Below, one piece after another: positions 10,280-22,025 of a stretch of DNA of 64,000 nt. Source of the stretch: an uncultured delta proteobacterium (GTDB lineage Bacteria; Desulfobacterota; Binatia; UBA9968); assembly GCA_963804165.1 (NCBI GenBank), contig CAWDPO010000023.1:204967-268966 (forward strand), written 5' to 3'. How positions within the stretch are numbered: position 1 is the first letter of the stretch; every line of letters begins with the position of its first letter. The notes below the pieces were generated by a model. It did not search any database and was not told the DNA's origin. It saw nothing but the letters and a program-made list of their open reading frames with translations. The translations under genes and the position numbers were made by a program.

Positions 10280-10936
10280 CAGTTACGAAATTCAACGCTC
10301 GTCGAAAGCGCCGAAGTCACGCTGCCGGCGATTTTCGGATCGGGATTCTTCACTTGAACACTAAAAGCAACCTTAACTCGCTTGATGGCGTTCAACGACG
10401 GGGTGTTGCCGAGATCGGCGCCGCTCGAATCGTAAAATGTGAAGATTTTTCCCGAACGCCATAGGCACGACGTTGGCCACCAAGCAGTCACCGTTGCGTC
10501 GAATGATATGGGTGCCGGCGCAAGTGGCAGTCGGCCCTGTCAACTCATAGCGAATATTTTCTCGCGGATCGACATCGCCGCAATTACCGTTACCGTTCAG
10601 ATCCATTTGAACATGAATCATGCTTGTGCTCGCAGCATAGACGCGATTACAGACCGTATCGGCATCATCGTTGGGATCGTCGGTGCCACCGAACTCTGAC
10701 GGCACACTGCCACTTCCCCACGAGCCCGCCTCTCGCAGATCGCGAATCATGATATCAAAAGAGCCGCGGGCGTCTTCGAGCGTGGCGGTTTTCAACTCGA
10801 GCCTGAGCACGTGGTACAACTCGCTGCGAAAATAGCCGTACAGCGAGGTAATCAGGACCGATCCGATCAACAACGACGCCAGTTGTTCGATCAATGTTGC
10901 GCCGCGACTGTCGAGATGCATCCGAGCCATGTTCAA
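10279..10936 (-). CDS. PilW-like minor pilin (cluster A); frameshift near 10450
   Basis: RG|ATLIEQL N-terminus and DIMIRDLREAG in 10373..10936; C-terminus (IFTFYDSSG...IKRVKV...VEFRN) in 10279..10491. Confidence 0.75.
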
Positions 10937-11337
10937 TCACCTACAAATAAAAGCGTCGTAAGCGTGATCTCACGAGCCTCATAATCCCGCCATGAGACGA
11001 TGACATCAATTTGTTTGAGGTTCGTTCCGAGGGGTGACAGAGCAACTCTCCAGCATCGATCGAAAATTCCCGCGACGCCGGTTTTTGCAGAGATGCCCCG
11101 ATCGCCCCCGCTTGGGCATAAATCGATGTCGGCAAGCGAACGTAGCACTTGTAATTCTTCGATCTTGTCCTGTGCCAAGTGAATCGCGACGGTTGAGTGG
11201 TCACTCACAGTCTGCCGCTGAATGACAGTGACACTACTCAACGAGTAACCCATCACACCCAGGACCACGATACTCATCGCGGCGAGGATCTCATTGAATG
11301 TGAAGCCCGCTTCACGTCGAGATTGGATTGGGCTCAT
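10933..11337 (-). CDS. PilV-like minor pilin (cluster A)
   Basis: AG|FTFNEIL prepilin motif, AIHLAQDKIEEL, LKQIDVIVSW. Confidence 0.8.
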   Translation of the reverse strand: MSPIQSRREAGFTFNEILAAMSIVVLGVMGYSLSSVTVIQRQTVSDHSTVAIHLAQDKIEELQVLRSLADIDLCPSGGDRGISAKTGVAGIFDRCWRVALSPLGTNLKQIDVIVSWRDYEAREITLTTLLFVGD

Positions 11338-11347
11338 CGTCGCTAAC

Positions 11348-11797
11348 TCAGCAGTCCTCGATGCAGCTGTTCGGCGAGCAAATTCTAACTCTGCCCGTCG
11401 CGCTGACAATAACCTGTTTGCACACGCCGTCGCTGTTGCGCAATCGTACCCGATTTGCTCCTGCTGTGCCGCGCGGCGAAAACGAAATTATGCCGTCTTT
11501 AGTAATATTCGTTCCTTCCGCGATTGGCTTGGTCGCCAGCGCCTTGGAATCACGCTGAATCGTGTAAGCTTTCGCGCCCTCAAGATACGCTAACTGGAAT
11601 CCGACGTTTTCCGCCGCAGCGCGCATCTTGAGACTGTGGAGCTCCGATTGAAGCTGCCGAACAGAATTATTCAGCGCGTAGGTCGGCAACAACCTGTTCC
11701 AGTTGGGTAAGGCAATCGCGGTGAGAATTCCCATGACTGCCAGAACGAAGACCACTTCGATGATTGAGAAGCCGTTGCCTCTAAGCGCGAATCTCAT
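11348..11797 (-). CDS. FimT/FimU (GspH-like) minor pilin (cluster A)
   Basis: NG|FSIIEVV, ALPNW, ISFSPRGTA, VSATGRVR. Confidence 0.85.
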   Translation of the reverse strand: MRFALRGNGFSIIEVVFVLAVMGILTAIALPNWNRLLPTYALNNSVRQLQSELHSLKMRAAAENVGFQLAYLEGAKAYTIQRDSKALATKPIAEGTNITKDGIISFSPRGTAGANRVRLRNSDGVCKQVIVSATGRVRICSPNSCIEDC

Positions 11798-11945
11798 AGT
11801 TTCCTCCAAGACGCGGACAATACTGCCGCAGACTTGGAAGTGTCAAGAGGCGACAAACCGACCCATGGGATGCAAAATTAGACTTTTGCGATAACCCAAT
11901 AGGATGTTAAAATGGGGTAAATTTGGTTGGGAGGTTTGAGGTTTA

Positions 11946-12511
11946 ATGAGTAAACGGTTCGCCTGCTGGTCGGTTCTGGCCGTGTGCAGCGGGGTGTTGG
12001 CGTCGCTGACGCGGCCTACGTGATCAAACTGAAGAACGGCAACGAGTACGTCACCACCCGATATTGGCATGAAGGCGGGCAGGTGCTCTTCGATACCTAC
12101 GGGGGAATATTCGGGATTGAAAAGCGTTTTGTGGTCAAGATCGAGAAGACCGAACAAGTTGTAAAATTGGTTACCGTGTCGGATCGAGACCCATCGGAAA
12201 GAACTCAGACGGATTCTAAAAAGGAGTCCGATGAGCAGGGTAAGGTAAAAACCAAGGAGGACGCACCGCCTAAGAAGGACAAAGCGCCTGACGACCCGAT
12301 CGTCGGTGAGTTTAATCGTCTGAAAGAACTGTCTCAGCAAGTCGATGGAATGTTAACGAGTGAGATCCGCGAACTGCTAAATCGAATTACCGAGTTTAAG
12401 AGTAAACTATCAAGGGATAGTAAACTGTTTGTCGAATACGGTCGTGAATTCAACGATGCGCATGAAATCGGTGCTGTCGTCGAGACCGCTCTGGGCACGA
12501 GAACTCAATAG
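11946..12511 (+). CDS. exported hypothetical protein between the two pilin clusters; probable frameshift near the 5' end
   Basis: GAGG RBS and ATG 11946 encode a signal-like stretch that is out of frame with ORF 11984..12511 (ADAAYVIKLKNG...). Confidence 0.6.
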
Positions 12512-13644
12512 CTTTGCTTCCAATTGACAACTTTCAAAGGCTGACTGGATAGCGATTTTTTGACCTCGCAGCTGTTGTAACCAATAGTGACGCTTCCGCT
12601 TACTGCCGTATCGCCAAGCGAATAAGCGCCCGAATAAACCTGACCCTGGATATTCTTGGTATTGCTACCACCTCCACTGGCCGTCACGACTCCGGTGGCA
12701 ATGATGATTCCATGCCAATTGATATTGCCCGCAAGCTGCAAATTACCCTTCACTACGAGAATTCCGTAACCCGTAACATTGTTCAATCGCAGCTCTCCAT
12801 CAGCTTGCTGCGTAGCATCGGCGTAGACCGTTACGTAGTCCGTAGCACTTCCATAGCTCGTTGTACCATTCCCTGAGGCAGACACATCCGCCGTCAGAGT
12901 CACGGAGGCTCCTCCTTTTAAGGCGTCGACGTAGGATTGAAGGTCCAGGTTGGTGGTTCCGACGGCCGTCGCCGGATTGCCAGCGACTGATGGACTGCCA
13001 TTCGCGGTGTAAGTATGCGTATTGCTCGGCGGCTCGCTGTAGACGTATACCCCTCCGATATTCGAGCCACCGCAACTTCCCGCATCATTGCCACTAATAT
13101 TGATCGAAGATCCGTTTAGGGTCGTGTTATCCTGGGAGTAAAGGACCGCCGGACTGTTGTTGGAAAGTGAATACAGTTGAACTGTAGTAATCACGATCGC
13201 TTTGGTGTTATTCGGCCCAGTCGCGACGGACGTGATCACAGCTTTCCCGTTATTATCTGTCGTAGTCGTTTCGCCCACGGCCGAATCGTTCGTCAGGGAC
13301 GCGTTGTATGCATAACCGCTGACCAAAGTGCTTGACGACGCCAACGGTGTGCTCGCATAGGCGACCAGCTCTTCGCTGAAGTTGGTTGTGTTGGAGCTCG
13401 AGGCATTTGCTGCCCGAAGAGTCTGGCGTGCTTGCTCCGTGCCGGCCATCGCCAACTGCAGCGCGGTTTGATTGGTTCTGAAATTTCCGCCAATCTTAAC
13501 GTCGGTGGAAGACACGATGTAAGCAGTGGTTCCGACCAAGACAAGAGCCGCAATCAAACAAAGAACAGCGATCAGAACGATACCCCTCTCGTTCTCTAAT
13601 AAGCGCATCCCCGCAGGACGACGGGTTTGTTCATTGAACTTCAT
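12505..13644 (-). CDS. PilX-like minor pilin (cluster B)
   Basis: RG|IVLIAVL, ALQLAMAG.EQA, GYGILVVKGNL...WHGIII; Ser/Thr/Asn rich. Confidence 0.82.
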   Translation of the reverse strand: MKFNEQTRRPAGMRLLENERGIVLIAVLCLIAALVLVGTTAYIVSSTDVKIGGNFRTNQTALQLAMAGTEQARQTLRAANASSSNTTNFSEELVAYASTPLASSSTLVSGYAYNASLTNDSAVGETTTTDNNGKAVITSVATGPNNTKAIVITTVQLYSLSNNSPAVLYSQDNTTLNGSSINISGNDAGSCGGSNIGGVYVYSEPPSNTHTYTANGSPSVAGNPATAVGTTNLDLQSYVDALKGGASVTLTADVSASGNGTTSYGSATDYVTVYADATQQADGELRLNNVTGYGILVVKGNLQLAGNINWHGIIIATGVVTASGGGSNTKNIQGQVYSGAYSLGDTAVSGSVTIGYNSCEVKKSLSSQPLKVVNWKQSY

Positions 13645-13656
13645 AAATATTCCTCG

Positions 13657-14262
13657 TTACAGCGCTAGATTCGGCGGAGTCACATCGGCGCTTATCTGAT
13701 AGGTTCTATAGCCACCATTACTCGTATAACTGGGGTCTGGTTTAGCAGTCCGGGCAGTGATGTCGATGGTAACCCTTCTGACGGACGTATTCGTGGTGGT
13801 TGACGCGCCAGTGGCATCCAAATATGTAAACGTGAACGCCGTGATATTGTCGGCAACCGTGGCACTTGCTCCGCTATTATTGAGAGTTCTCGTGATGAGA
13901 CCGGTAGAACTATCAAAGGCATAGGAAATGTCGTCAGTCGACCCGTCCGTTTCAACGCCGCTGGAATCCAAATCAAGCTTTATACGCAGCGTTGTTGATG
14001 TCGAAGTTTGAATTCCATTGAATGTTCCACCTGCCGGTTTGTACCCTGCCATTTGGATCTCGCGCAACATCAAGTCCAGGGCTCCACGCACGTTTTGCTG
14101 CATCTGCCCAATCTGTTCCTCGGCACTGTTTTGTCGGCTCTGGGCGGTAAACGTCTTGGCGATCCCGCCCAGGACAACAAGCCCAATAGTCATGGCGACC
14201 AGCAGTTCCATGAGCGTAAAGCCCGAGGTGACCTTAAATTTTTGATTCGATAATTGGATCAT
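13657..14262 (-). CDS. PilW-like minor pilin (cluster B)
   Basis: SG|FTLMELLVAM, QQNVRGALDLMLREIQMAGY, VRRVTI. Confidence 0.85.
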   Translation of the reverse strand: MIQLSNQKFKVTSGFTLMELLVAMTIGLVVLGGIAKTFTAQSRQNSAEEQIGQMQQNVRGALDLMLREIQMAGYKPAGGTFNGIQTSTSTTLRIKLDLDSSGVETDGSTDDISYAFDSSTGLITRTLNNSGASATVADNITAFTFTYLDATGASTTTNTSVRRVTIDITARTAKPDPSYTSNGGYRTYQISADVTPPNLAL

Positions 14263-14690
14263 GATGCCGCCAAGATAGTCTTTAGCGTAACTGACTTAGA
14301 GCCCACGGCACCTTCGGACCATGTCACCGTAACTGTAAGCGTCTTTATCGTAGGCGAGATGGAGGGTGTTGGTGTTACCGTAAGCGCCCGTGTGAACGTG
14401 ACTGGGCCTTGGGTCACATTGACGCTGCCCGATAGGCAAGTACTAGAACCGGCGCCGGCATTGGTAAAGCCCACACGTCGATTTTCTTCTAAACAAGACT
14501 GCGCAATCGCAGTGGCGGTCGTCATGTTTCGGCTCCCCACGTTGCCGCGGACGACGCCGGTGGTAAGAGCGGCTGTCCCAAGCAATCCGACCGTAAGCAA
14601 CACGATCGCGATAAAAACCTCGATCAGAGTGAAACCATCCTGGTTACTGGCAATTGTCGACACCGATGAATTGAATCGCAGGTTCGCCAT
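14259..14690 (-). CDS. PilV-like minor pilin (cluster B)
   Basis: DG|FTLIEVFIA, ATAIAQ..LE, KTLTVTVTW. Confidence 0.85.
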   Translation of the reverse strand: MANLRFNSSVSTIASNQDGFTLIEVFIAIVLLTVGLLGTAALTTGVVRGNVGSRNMTTATAIAQSCLEENRRVGFTNAGAGSSTCLSGSVNVTQGPVTFTRALTVTPTPSISPTIKTLTVTVTWSEGAVGSKSVTLKTILAAS

Positions 14691-15133
14691 CAGCTGATAC
14701 TCGCCGTTCCGGTAATTCTAATTGTGACCGTTTTAGTTCCACCGGAGTTCGTTAACGTGATCGTCGGCGCGACATCCGTCGTACCCCGTGAGGAAAATGT
14801 AATCGTCGACGCAGTGGAGGTTAACGTTACATCCGAGTATTCCGTTTGAATGTTAACTGTTTTCGTTGTGGAGCCAGCAATTTGCATCGTCTGATTGGTC
14901 GGGAAGGTCACGGTGTACGCAGTATTGTCGTTGACCGCTTTTGACCGCGCCCACATAAGCTCGGCATAGACTTGACGCGCGGCGCCGTTGAGCCGATTCA
15001 TTGGGCGAAACGCTAGGAATTGAGGTGCCGCAGTTGCAGCGAGGATACCGAAAACCCCGATCGCCACCAATATTTCACCGAGGCTGAATCCCCGACGATC
15101 TGTCAGTATATATTTACAACGATGGATAACCAT
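14690..15133 (-). CDS. FimT/FimU-like minor pilin (cluster B)
   Basis: RG|FSLGEIL, LNGAARQVYAELMWARSKA, ITFSSRG. Confidence 0.85.
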   Translation of the reverse strand: MVIHRCKYILTDRRGFSLGEILVAIGVFGILAATAAPQFLAFRPMNRLNGAARQVYAELMWARSKAVNDNTAYTVTFPTNQTMQIAGSTTKTVNIQTEYSDVTLTSTASTITFSSRGTTDVAPTITLTNSGGTKTVTIRITGTASIS

Positions 15134-15385
15134 GACCTCTTTCAAATGAGCAATTCTGCAAAACTCCAAAAAGGCCTGCATTTGCCAGGATACAGCGATC
15201 CACAGCGCAAGATGATGCGCTGCAATACACGCACCAGGCAAATTGGCACTTCAGTTCGACTTAAAAGTCCGCAGTTGGCGCGAAATGAGGACGGAAGTTT
15301 CCGAAAATGCCCAGGATCAAAATGGTTAGAATGTCAAAGCGTGTAACGCTGGCAAAATTTTGTAAGGAAGGCCGGCCCTCCCTAT

Positions 15386-16171
15386 TTAACTGGGATAGAG
15401 ATAAAGCTGGATGAGATCGTCACCGAAGAAGATGAATAAGACCGCGCCGGAGCACAGAAAGGGCGCGAACGGTAATGCCAGCCTGCGTCCCGCGCCCGTC
15501 GCCACCATGCAGGCAATTCCGACGACCGAACCGACCAGGGAGGCGAAGAAAAGCGTTACCGGAATTGAGGGCCAACCGAGAAACGCACCGATCATCGCGA
15601 GCAATTTGATGTCGCCGCCGCCCATTCCTTCGACGCCTGTGATTTTTTCGTAGATCCACGCCGTCGCCAGCAGAAACCCGCCGCCGGCGAGTATGCCGAT
15701 CACAGAACTTAGCGGTGAGGGAACGATGCTGGACTGATTGCCAATCGCGAAATACCCAACAATCGATAAGACCAAACCTAATACAATCCCTGGCAAACTA
15801 ATCACATCAGGCACAATACGGACGTCCAAATCGATGAATGAAATCACAATTAGCGCCGCAACAAAAATAAACCCGACAATAAATTCAAACCCGAACCCGA
15901 AACGGTAATATAGGGCGACTGCCACTAGGCCCATTAATAACTCGACCAAAAAATAACGAGACGAAATCCGTTCCGAGCAGGAACGACAACGCGCTCTCAA
16001 CAGAACATAACTGACGAGCGGAACATTGTCGTAGAACGCGATCGGTGTCCGGCAATTCGGGCAACGCGACGGCGGTGTCACAACGGATTCTTCATTTGGA
16101 ATCCGTCCGATACAGACATTAAGAAAACTGCCGACCACCGCACCAAAAAGAAATTCGATTAAGTAAGCCAT
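15386..16171 (-). CDS. pilD: prepilin peptidase/N-methyltransferase
   Basis: GSFLNVCI, two CxxC pairs, FIDLD...PD, GMGGGDIKL, PFAPFL. Confidence 0.95.
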   Translation of the reverse strand: MAYLIEFLFGAVVGSFLNVCIGRIPNEESVVTPPSRCPNCRTPIAFYDNVPLVSYVLLRARCRSCSERISSRYFLVELLMGLVAVALYYRFGFGFEFIVGFIFVAALIVISFIDLDVRIVPDVISLPGIVLGLVLSIVGYFAIGNQSSIVPSPLSSVIGILAGGGFLLATAWIYEKITGVEGMGGGDIKLLAMIGAFLGWPSIPVTLFFASLVGSVVGIACMVATGAGRRLALPFAPFLCSGAVLFIFFGDDLIQLYLYPS

Positions 16172-16277
16172 CTTAATTCCGGTACAGTCTTACAATGTCT
16201 GATGATTTCAGGAGCCATTCAGAAACAGAATCTTCCGTTAGCTTCCCTTTTATTATAGCAAAACACCTTCAGATCCT

Positions 16278-17171
16278 TTATAACCAGTCGCGTAAGCACC
16301 AAGTGTACCCCACATCTTCCATAGTTTTGTGTGTAGCGCGCCACACTTTGAATTTCTCACGCACCGATAAGTCAGACTTCCAGGTATTGGGTCGAGCTTT
16401 GCGGACAAAACCTTGAGGCAGCTTTGCAGTTGGGCCCGTGTGTACCTCGACTTCGCCATAGACGGGAATGGGAGTTCCGCCCGATTCCATCACGTCCGCT
16501 CTGTTAGCTTCAATCGCTAGCTTAATGTCATCGTCGTTCCAGGACACATCAAGGAACAGTGCAAGGTCCTTTAATGTTTCCACTGGAAAGTTCCAGAGCC
16601 TTTCATAACTAAGCTCGTAGAACTCGTGAGTGGATAGATTCCTGGCAGAGGACTGAACTGCTTGAACATGTTGGACCCACATGGCCGCGGCAAGTCCAGG
16701 ATGGTTCGGCGCCCAGGTCGCTCCCCAGGTCCGAGAAGCTGCCATCAGTGAAGCTACCACATCTCTAGCATCTCGCAACAAATGTATAAAACGACTGTCA
16801 GGCAATAATTCTTTAATCTCAGGTATAAACAACGCATGAGATGGCGTTTTTTCTAAAAACAATTCTTCTGGTTGCAACCGATCGATCACCGGCTTGAGTA
16901 ATTCCAAGAGATAGTCTTTCAAAATCGCCAGAAATTCTTCTTCACGGAAATAGGCTGGTGGACCAGCCGCATGACCAATTCCGGCATTGAAATGGTGTGT
17001 TTTTTGGCTTTTCCATGCGCGCAATTGTGGACCCACATATAAGCTAAACAAATGTGACTCTTCACCAGAACGAACTCTTGGATGACTTGCCAATAGTTTT
17101 TGAAGCCAGGTCGTACCGCTACGCGGACAGCCTACGAGAAAGACCAAGTTTTTACCCGTGTACTCCATCAC
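16278..17171 (-). CDS. sulfotransferase
   Basis: PAPS-binding GCPRSGTTWL, EKTP, FIHLLRD.RDVVAS, SYE. Confidence 0.9.
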   Translation of the reverse strand: MMEYTGKNLVFLVGCPRSGTTWLQKLLASHPRVRSGEESHLFSLYVGPQLRAWKSQKTHHFNAGIGHAAGPPAYFREEEFLAILKDYLLELLKPVIDRLQPEELFLEKTPSHALFIPEIKELLPDSRFIHLLRDARDVVASLMAASRTWGATWAPNHPGLAAAMWVQHVQAVQSSARNLSTHEFYELSYERLWNFPVETLKDLALFLDVSWNDDDIKLAIEANRADVMESGGTPIPVYGEVEVHTGPTAKLPQGFVRKARPNTWKSDLSVREKFKVWRATHKTMEDVGYTWCLRDWL

Positions 17172-17257
17172 ATTATCTGCTCAAGAGATTCGGGTGCTCC
17201 CTTTCAGCGACCGCAACGACGCAAGCCGCTCACGCACATCAAAAGCAAGATGAGAAG

Positions 17258-18115
17258 TTAATGCGCAGGCTTTTCCGCCGGAGCATAAAGAAATCCTGGA
17301 TATCGTTCTTGCACACCGCCGGTTTTTTGTCCGACAGCGAAAATGGTATCTCCGCGCTCCCTTGCTTTTACTAAACCTAAACTAAGAACGTTGCCGATTT
17401 TGAGCAACGCTTTCATTTGGAGTGTCCATATCCATCCAAATTGCTGATCCTGGTAAACATCAACCGTTTTAAACACGCTAGGTGTATAGCCGCAAAGCTT
17501 GAGGAGCTCTCTTACTTCCCACGGAACATATTCATGGTTGTGACGATCTGTACTAGGCTGCCGTTGATACACCGGATAAATATTGGGATTGCCGCCGCGT
17601 AGAATCCTAAGGATCGATCGAGTCGATGCGCAATTTGGCGTGGACAGAATTAAACAGCCTCCCAACTTCGTGATACGATTGATCTCGGACATTGTTTGTA
17701 AGGGATCACGGCTCAGATGCTCTAAGACTTCGGTAAAAATTACGACATCGAATGAACCATCTTGATACGGGAAGGGTCCCTCGATGTCGAACCGATCAAC
17801 GTGAAAAGAATACCTCTCTCCATTCCGCGCATTTTGCAGGAAGTTATCCTCGCTTGCAGGTTTCCGCTCCTGAAAAGGCTCCGTTAAAGTAATATCGGTG
17901 GCCCCAAGAATGTCCCTAAGAGCGGGTACTAGGCTTCCGTAAGAGCCCACATCGACGATACGCGTCCCCGGCTGAATTATGGCGCGAAGCAAAGACACCG
18001 TCTCGGCAAAACGATTCATGTGAACTTTCACGTAATCGTTCACATACGCTATTGAATCATACTGTGGGGCCAGCAACGCGGTTTCAACGGCTCGTCGAAG
18101 TTCAAAAAAATCCAT
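17258..18115 (-). CDS. class I SAM-dependent methyltransferase
   Basis: IVDVGS, FPY...FDVVIFTEVLEHL, LILSTPN, HNHEY. Confidence 0.88.
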   Translation of the reverse strand: MDFFELRRAVETALLAPQYDSIAYVNDYVKVHMNRFAETVSLLRAIIQPGTRIVDVGSYGSLVPALRDILGATDITLTEPFQERKPASEDNFLQNARNGERYSFHVDRFDIEGPFPYQDGSFDVVIFTEVLEHLSRDPLQTMSEINRITKLGGCLILSTPNCASTRSILRILRGGNPNIYPVYQRQPSTDRHNHEYVPWEVRELLKLCGYTPSVFKTVDVYQDQQFGWIWTLQMKALLKIGNVLSLGLVKARERGDTIFAVGQKTGGVQERYPGFLYAPAEKPAH

Positions 18116-18410
18116 TGAATTGAACGGTAATGGAGGTTATGAGATCGGCTGTGGATTAGGTGTCCAAGGAATCATTTTTTCAAAAAATAGTTGCCCTTGC
18201 CGTCTATTGAATTCAAGGATTCGGTCGATTGTGCTATACCAATCAACATTCCAATTTATGCAAATATAGCATAACCGCCTAGTTCCAGACACGACTTTCC
18301 ATGGGAGATACCAAATCTTTTACATCTAAGCAGCGCCCATCGTTTTTAAATTCGTTGGGAGTTGTCATGCTACAGGCACAGCAGAACCGCGGAGACTTCG
18401 ACATTAGATC

Positions 18411-19694
18411 TTGAAAGCACCCTCTATGTCACCCTTGCCGCATCTGCCCGGCGCTCAATCTAGTCGGCAAATCGCCATTATCTGCGATACCGTCCCATAT
18501 CCAACGCGATCTGGCGACAATCAGCGTATCGCCGAACTTATTAGTGTTTTAAGGGAACAAGGATGGTATGTGCATCTTGTGCTTTGCGGCCTGATCGAGC
18601 GCAGATTTAGAAACATTTGTCGCTCGCACGTGGACGCCTTGCATATCTACAGCGGCAGGGGACTGAGAACTCGTGTTCGAAATGCCTTGCGCCGCGCCGT
18701 CCGGTTGCTTGATCGCGCCGGAAAAATCGTCAGCATACCGCCCATGGAAACAATTGCTAATCGACTGCTTGGTCGTTCTGTTTCGCCGTTCATTATTGAC
18801 TATTGGCAACGTTACCCAAGAGGGGCTAAGCGATTTTGTCGCGGAACTAGAGGCGCGTTTCCTGTGGAGGGCCGTGATCGTTGAATATATTTGGCTATAC
18901 CAATCCAACAGACAAACTGAAGAATGGCATCATCCGGCTGCTTGACACACACGACATCCAGCACAAACGAGTTGAGGAATTCGCATCCCGAGGCATGATG
19001 TTTCCTCTGCAGATTACCCGAGACGAAGAACGCCGAATCTTCAACCAGTTCGACGCCGTAATCGCCATTCAAGCTGTGGAAGCGGAAGTAATAAGAGAAA
19101 TGTGCCCGCAATTGAGGGGTGCTGACTGTAGGTTCGTCGGGATCTTCCGCGAGTGTTGCATCGATCCGCCCGGTGGAAGGGCGCATACTCTATGTAGGCG
19201 GTTATAACGGCGCCAACATTGACGGACTGCGCCGCTTTTTTCACTTTGTGTGGCCTAAGATTCTCCGACAAATTCCACATGCGAAACTGCACGTCTGCGG
19301 TCATATTTATCGAGCATTTCCCGGGCAGCGATTCGAAAATGTGAAGTTTCTCGGACACAAAGAGCGTATCGAAGAAGAATATGGCGAGGCTGCCGTGGTC
19401 ATCAATCCTGCATGGATCGGCACCGGACTAAAGATCAAAACGATCGAGGCGCTAACTCGTGGCAAGGCACTGGTGACAACCCCGAAGGGAATCGAAGGAT
19501 TACCCAGTGGTGCCGAGCAAAGCGCGTTGATAGCGGAAGACGACGAGAAGTTTGCTGTTGACCTTATCCGGCTTCTGACCGATCGGGAATCGCGACAATC
19601 CTTGTCACAGTCGGCATTCGCTTTTGCCAATACTCACCTGAATAAGCGCGCTGTTTACAAAGAACTCTTTCATTTTCTAGATCATTTAAGGTAA
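18411..19694 (+). CDS. GT4-like glycosyltransferase split by ~3 frameshifts
   Basis: Fragments 18411..18884 (PYPTRSGD..RI), 18881..19207 (LDTHD) and 19119..19694 (NIDGL, INP..GTGLKIKTIEAL) read as one GT-B protein. Confidence 0.72.
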
Positions 19695-19885
19695 ATATCG
19701 AGGTCTGAGCAAGCGCCAATACAAGGAACCCAATCTCTTCTTCACCGGCGGACATAATCAAGGCTGTATCACGAGAAAATGAAATTGAATGCGCATTCCG
19801 AACCACGATAATGAGCTGCAAGTCGAGGTCATGCCCTGACCTCGTGGAGCTGGGCACAGACCGAGTTATACATTCTGATTGGCGG

Positions 19886-21109
19886 TCAATCTGCCGCGAT
19901 CCATTCCGCAGGCATGGCGAACACTCCGCCGCCATCGACCATTTTGCTCTCTAAATGAATTCCGATGGAAGTGGTCATCTGATGAATAGGCAATTCGTCG
20001 TACTGCGACGAATACGGCAACGCATACCCAATAATCACCGCTGAGCAGACTGAGATCAGGATATCGTAAAACAATCGTTCCTTCGCCGGAGATTTCACCG
20101 CATTCGATACCATGTCGTTCTGTGTTCATTCCGTGGCAGAACAATCCGTCATTTCGATAAATTTGAACACGAAACACGGGATTCAATATTGGCCGATAAG
20201 CTTTGAATCCAATGATCACCCGCAGTTCGTCGTGAGTGTGAAAATAACTCTTCCTTGCCCCGTCGCCCCCACATACTTCAACTTCGACAATCTCGATCAC
20301 TGGTTCATGAGCTGCTTCACTGAACTCTTTACGCTGTAGTTTCCTGGTGTTCAGCAGATTCATGTAACTCGCGATGACTTGATCCGCGCGTCCATTAGCT
20401 CGAATTAGCCCGTGATCTAATAGAAGCATCCTTTGGGCGATTTTCTCAATCTCTTGCAGGTTATGGGTCACAACGATAATCGTCTTCCCCGCTTTGATAA
20501 AAGTGTCAATTTGATCCAAGCAACGTTTTCTGAACGCACCGTCCCCGACCGCCATGGACTCATCGACAATCAGGATATCTGGGTTAGTGCTTACGGCCAC
20601 CGCAAAACCCAGTCGTACATACATTCCCGGAAGAATATTGCTTCACCGGGCTATCGATAAATTCTTCTAACCCGGCGAAGTCGACGATGGAGTCAAATTT
20701 TTTCGTCATGTCGATCTTTACTAAACCCTAAAATCGCTCCACTCAGATGAATATTCTCTCGGCCGGTGAGCGTGGGATGAAATCCGGCTCCCAACTCTAA
20801 TAAAGCCCCAATGCGGCCGCTTATCCGAATTGATCCCTTATCGGGCAATGTGACGCCATTCATTAACTTTAACAACGTGCTCTTGCCGGCGCCGTTTGGG
20901 CCGATCAGGCCAACACACTCACCGCGTTTCACTTCAAACGAAACATCGTTCAAGGCCCAAAACTCATCTCGACGTAAACGGCTCAAGCGCCGAGTTAGAC
21001 CCAACATGTCGCATGCTACGTCCCTCACACCGTAAAACATGGTGCGTTTTAGCGAGCGGCAAAACTTCTTGCTCACGCCTTCTATGCTAATGATCGTATC
21101 TGTAGACAT
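19886..21109 (-). CDS. wzt: Wzt-type polysaccharide ABC exporter ATPase with C-terminal Wzt_C domain; frameshifted
   Basis: FWALNDVSF, Walker A GPNGAGKST, LELGAGFHP.LTGREN; second part MYVRLGFAVA...ILIVDE. Confidence 0.85.
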
Positions 21110-21124
21110 GACGCGACACGGGGC

Positions 21125-22025
21125 TTAAGCGTACCCTGCCACGCGGGGAATCGTTACTCGAAAGGCACGCCAACCGCCGAGCGCCAATGCCAGCGATAAA
21201 ACATATGCTGCAGCGAACATTTCCGGTCTGGTTAAAAATCCTGCGGCGATGAGATCCTGGCTTGCGGTCAGAAGCGGGCTGAGTGGATTCAAGAGATTAA
21301 CTAAGAAGAATGGCCACCGGACGGGCGGTGGATAAAGTACTGGCGTGAGAAACATGCCGATCGTGAGGGCTGTTCCAAGCGCATTTCCCGTATCCCGGAT
21401 CACCAGATTGGCGATGGATAGGACAAAACCCAACCCCAGGGCCAAGAGTATGACTGGTATTAACACGAGAGGGCACAAAAACGACTCCCCATGAGGGAGT
21501 GACGCCGTACCAGATAAAGACTGCAACGACCGGCACAAGCCGCACAAAAAAATCAAAGACGGGCTGTCCTAGAGCCGCTATCACCAGAGCTTCCCGCGGA
21601 AAATTCACTTTGGTTACCAAAGATCCCGATGACACCAAGCTCGTTGTGCAGCTAGAAAGACAACCGGCAAAGAGCTGCCATACACTTATCCCCCACAATG
21701 CGTATGCGACATAGGCGATCCGAGTCCCGCCAATCGGCAAAACCCGTGATGCGTGAAGAAAGGCAAATACCCCGACAGTCGCGATTTGTGGGATGACGGC
21801 CCAGACATATCCCAGGATCGATTGGCGATAGCGCACGGAAATGTCGCGGCGTATCAAGAGCCATATCAATCGGCGACTCTCGACCAATTCAGCAAACATT
21901 ATCCTCCAACCGGAGACGCCATTACGTCGCATTCCATTGGGAGAATATACGATCTCCACTTCTTCACGACGCGAAGCAGCGCGTGGAACGATCTCGGGTT
22001 GATCCGAATTAATAGCGTCTTCCAT
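21125..22025 (-). CDS. wzm: Wzm-type ABC-2 permease; frameshift near 21480, start uncertain
   Basis: RRDISVRYRQSILGYVW, LVTKVNFPRE, FLTPVLYP...LNPL. Confidence 0.82.
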
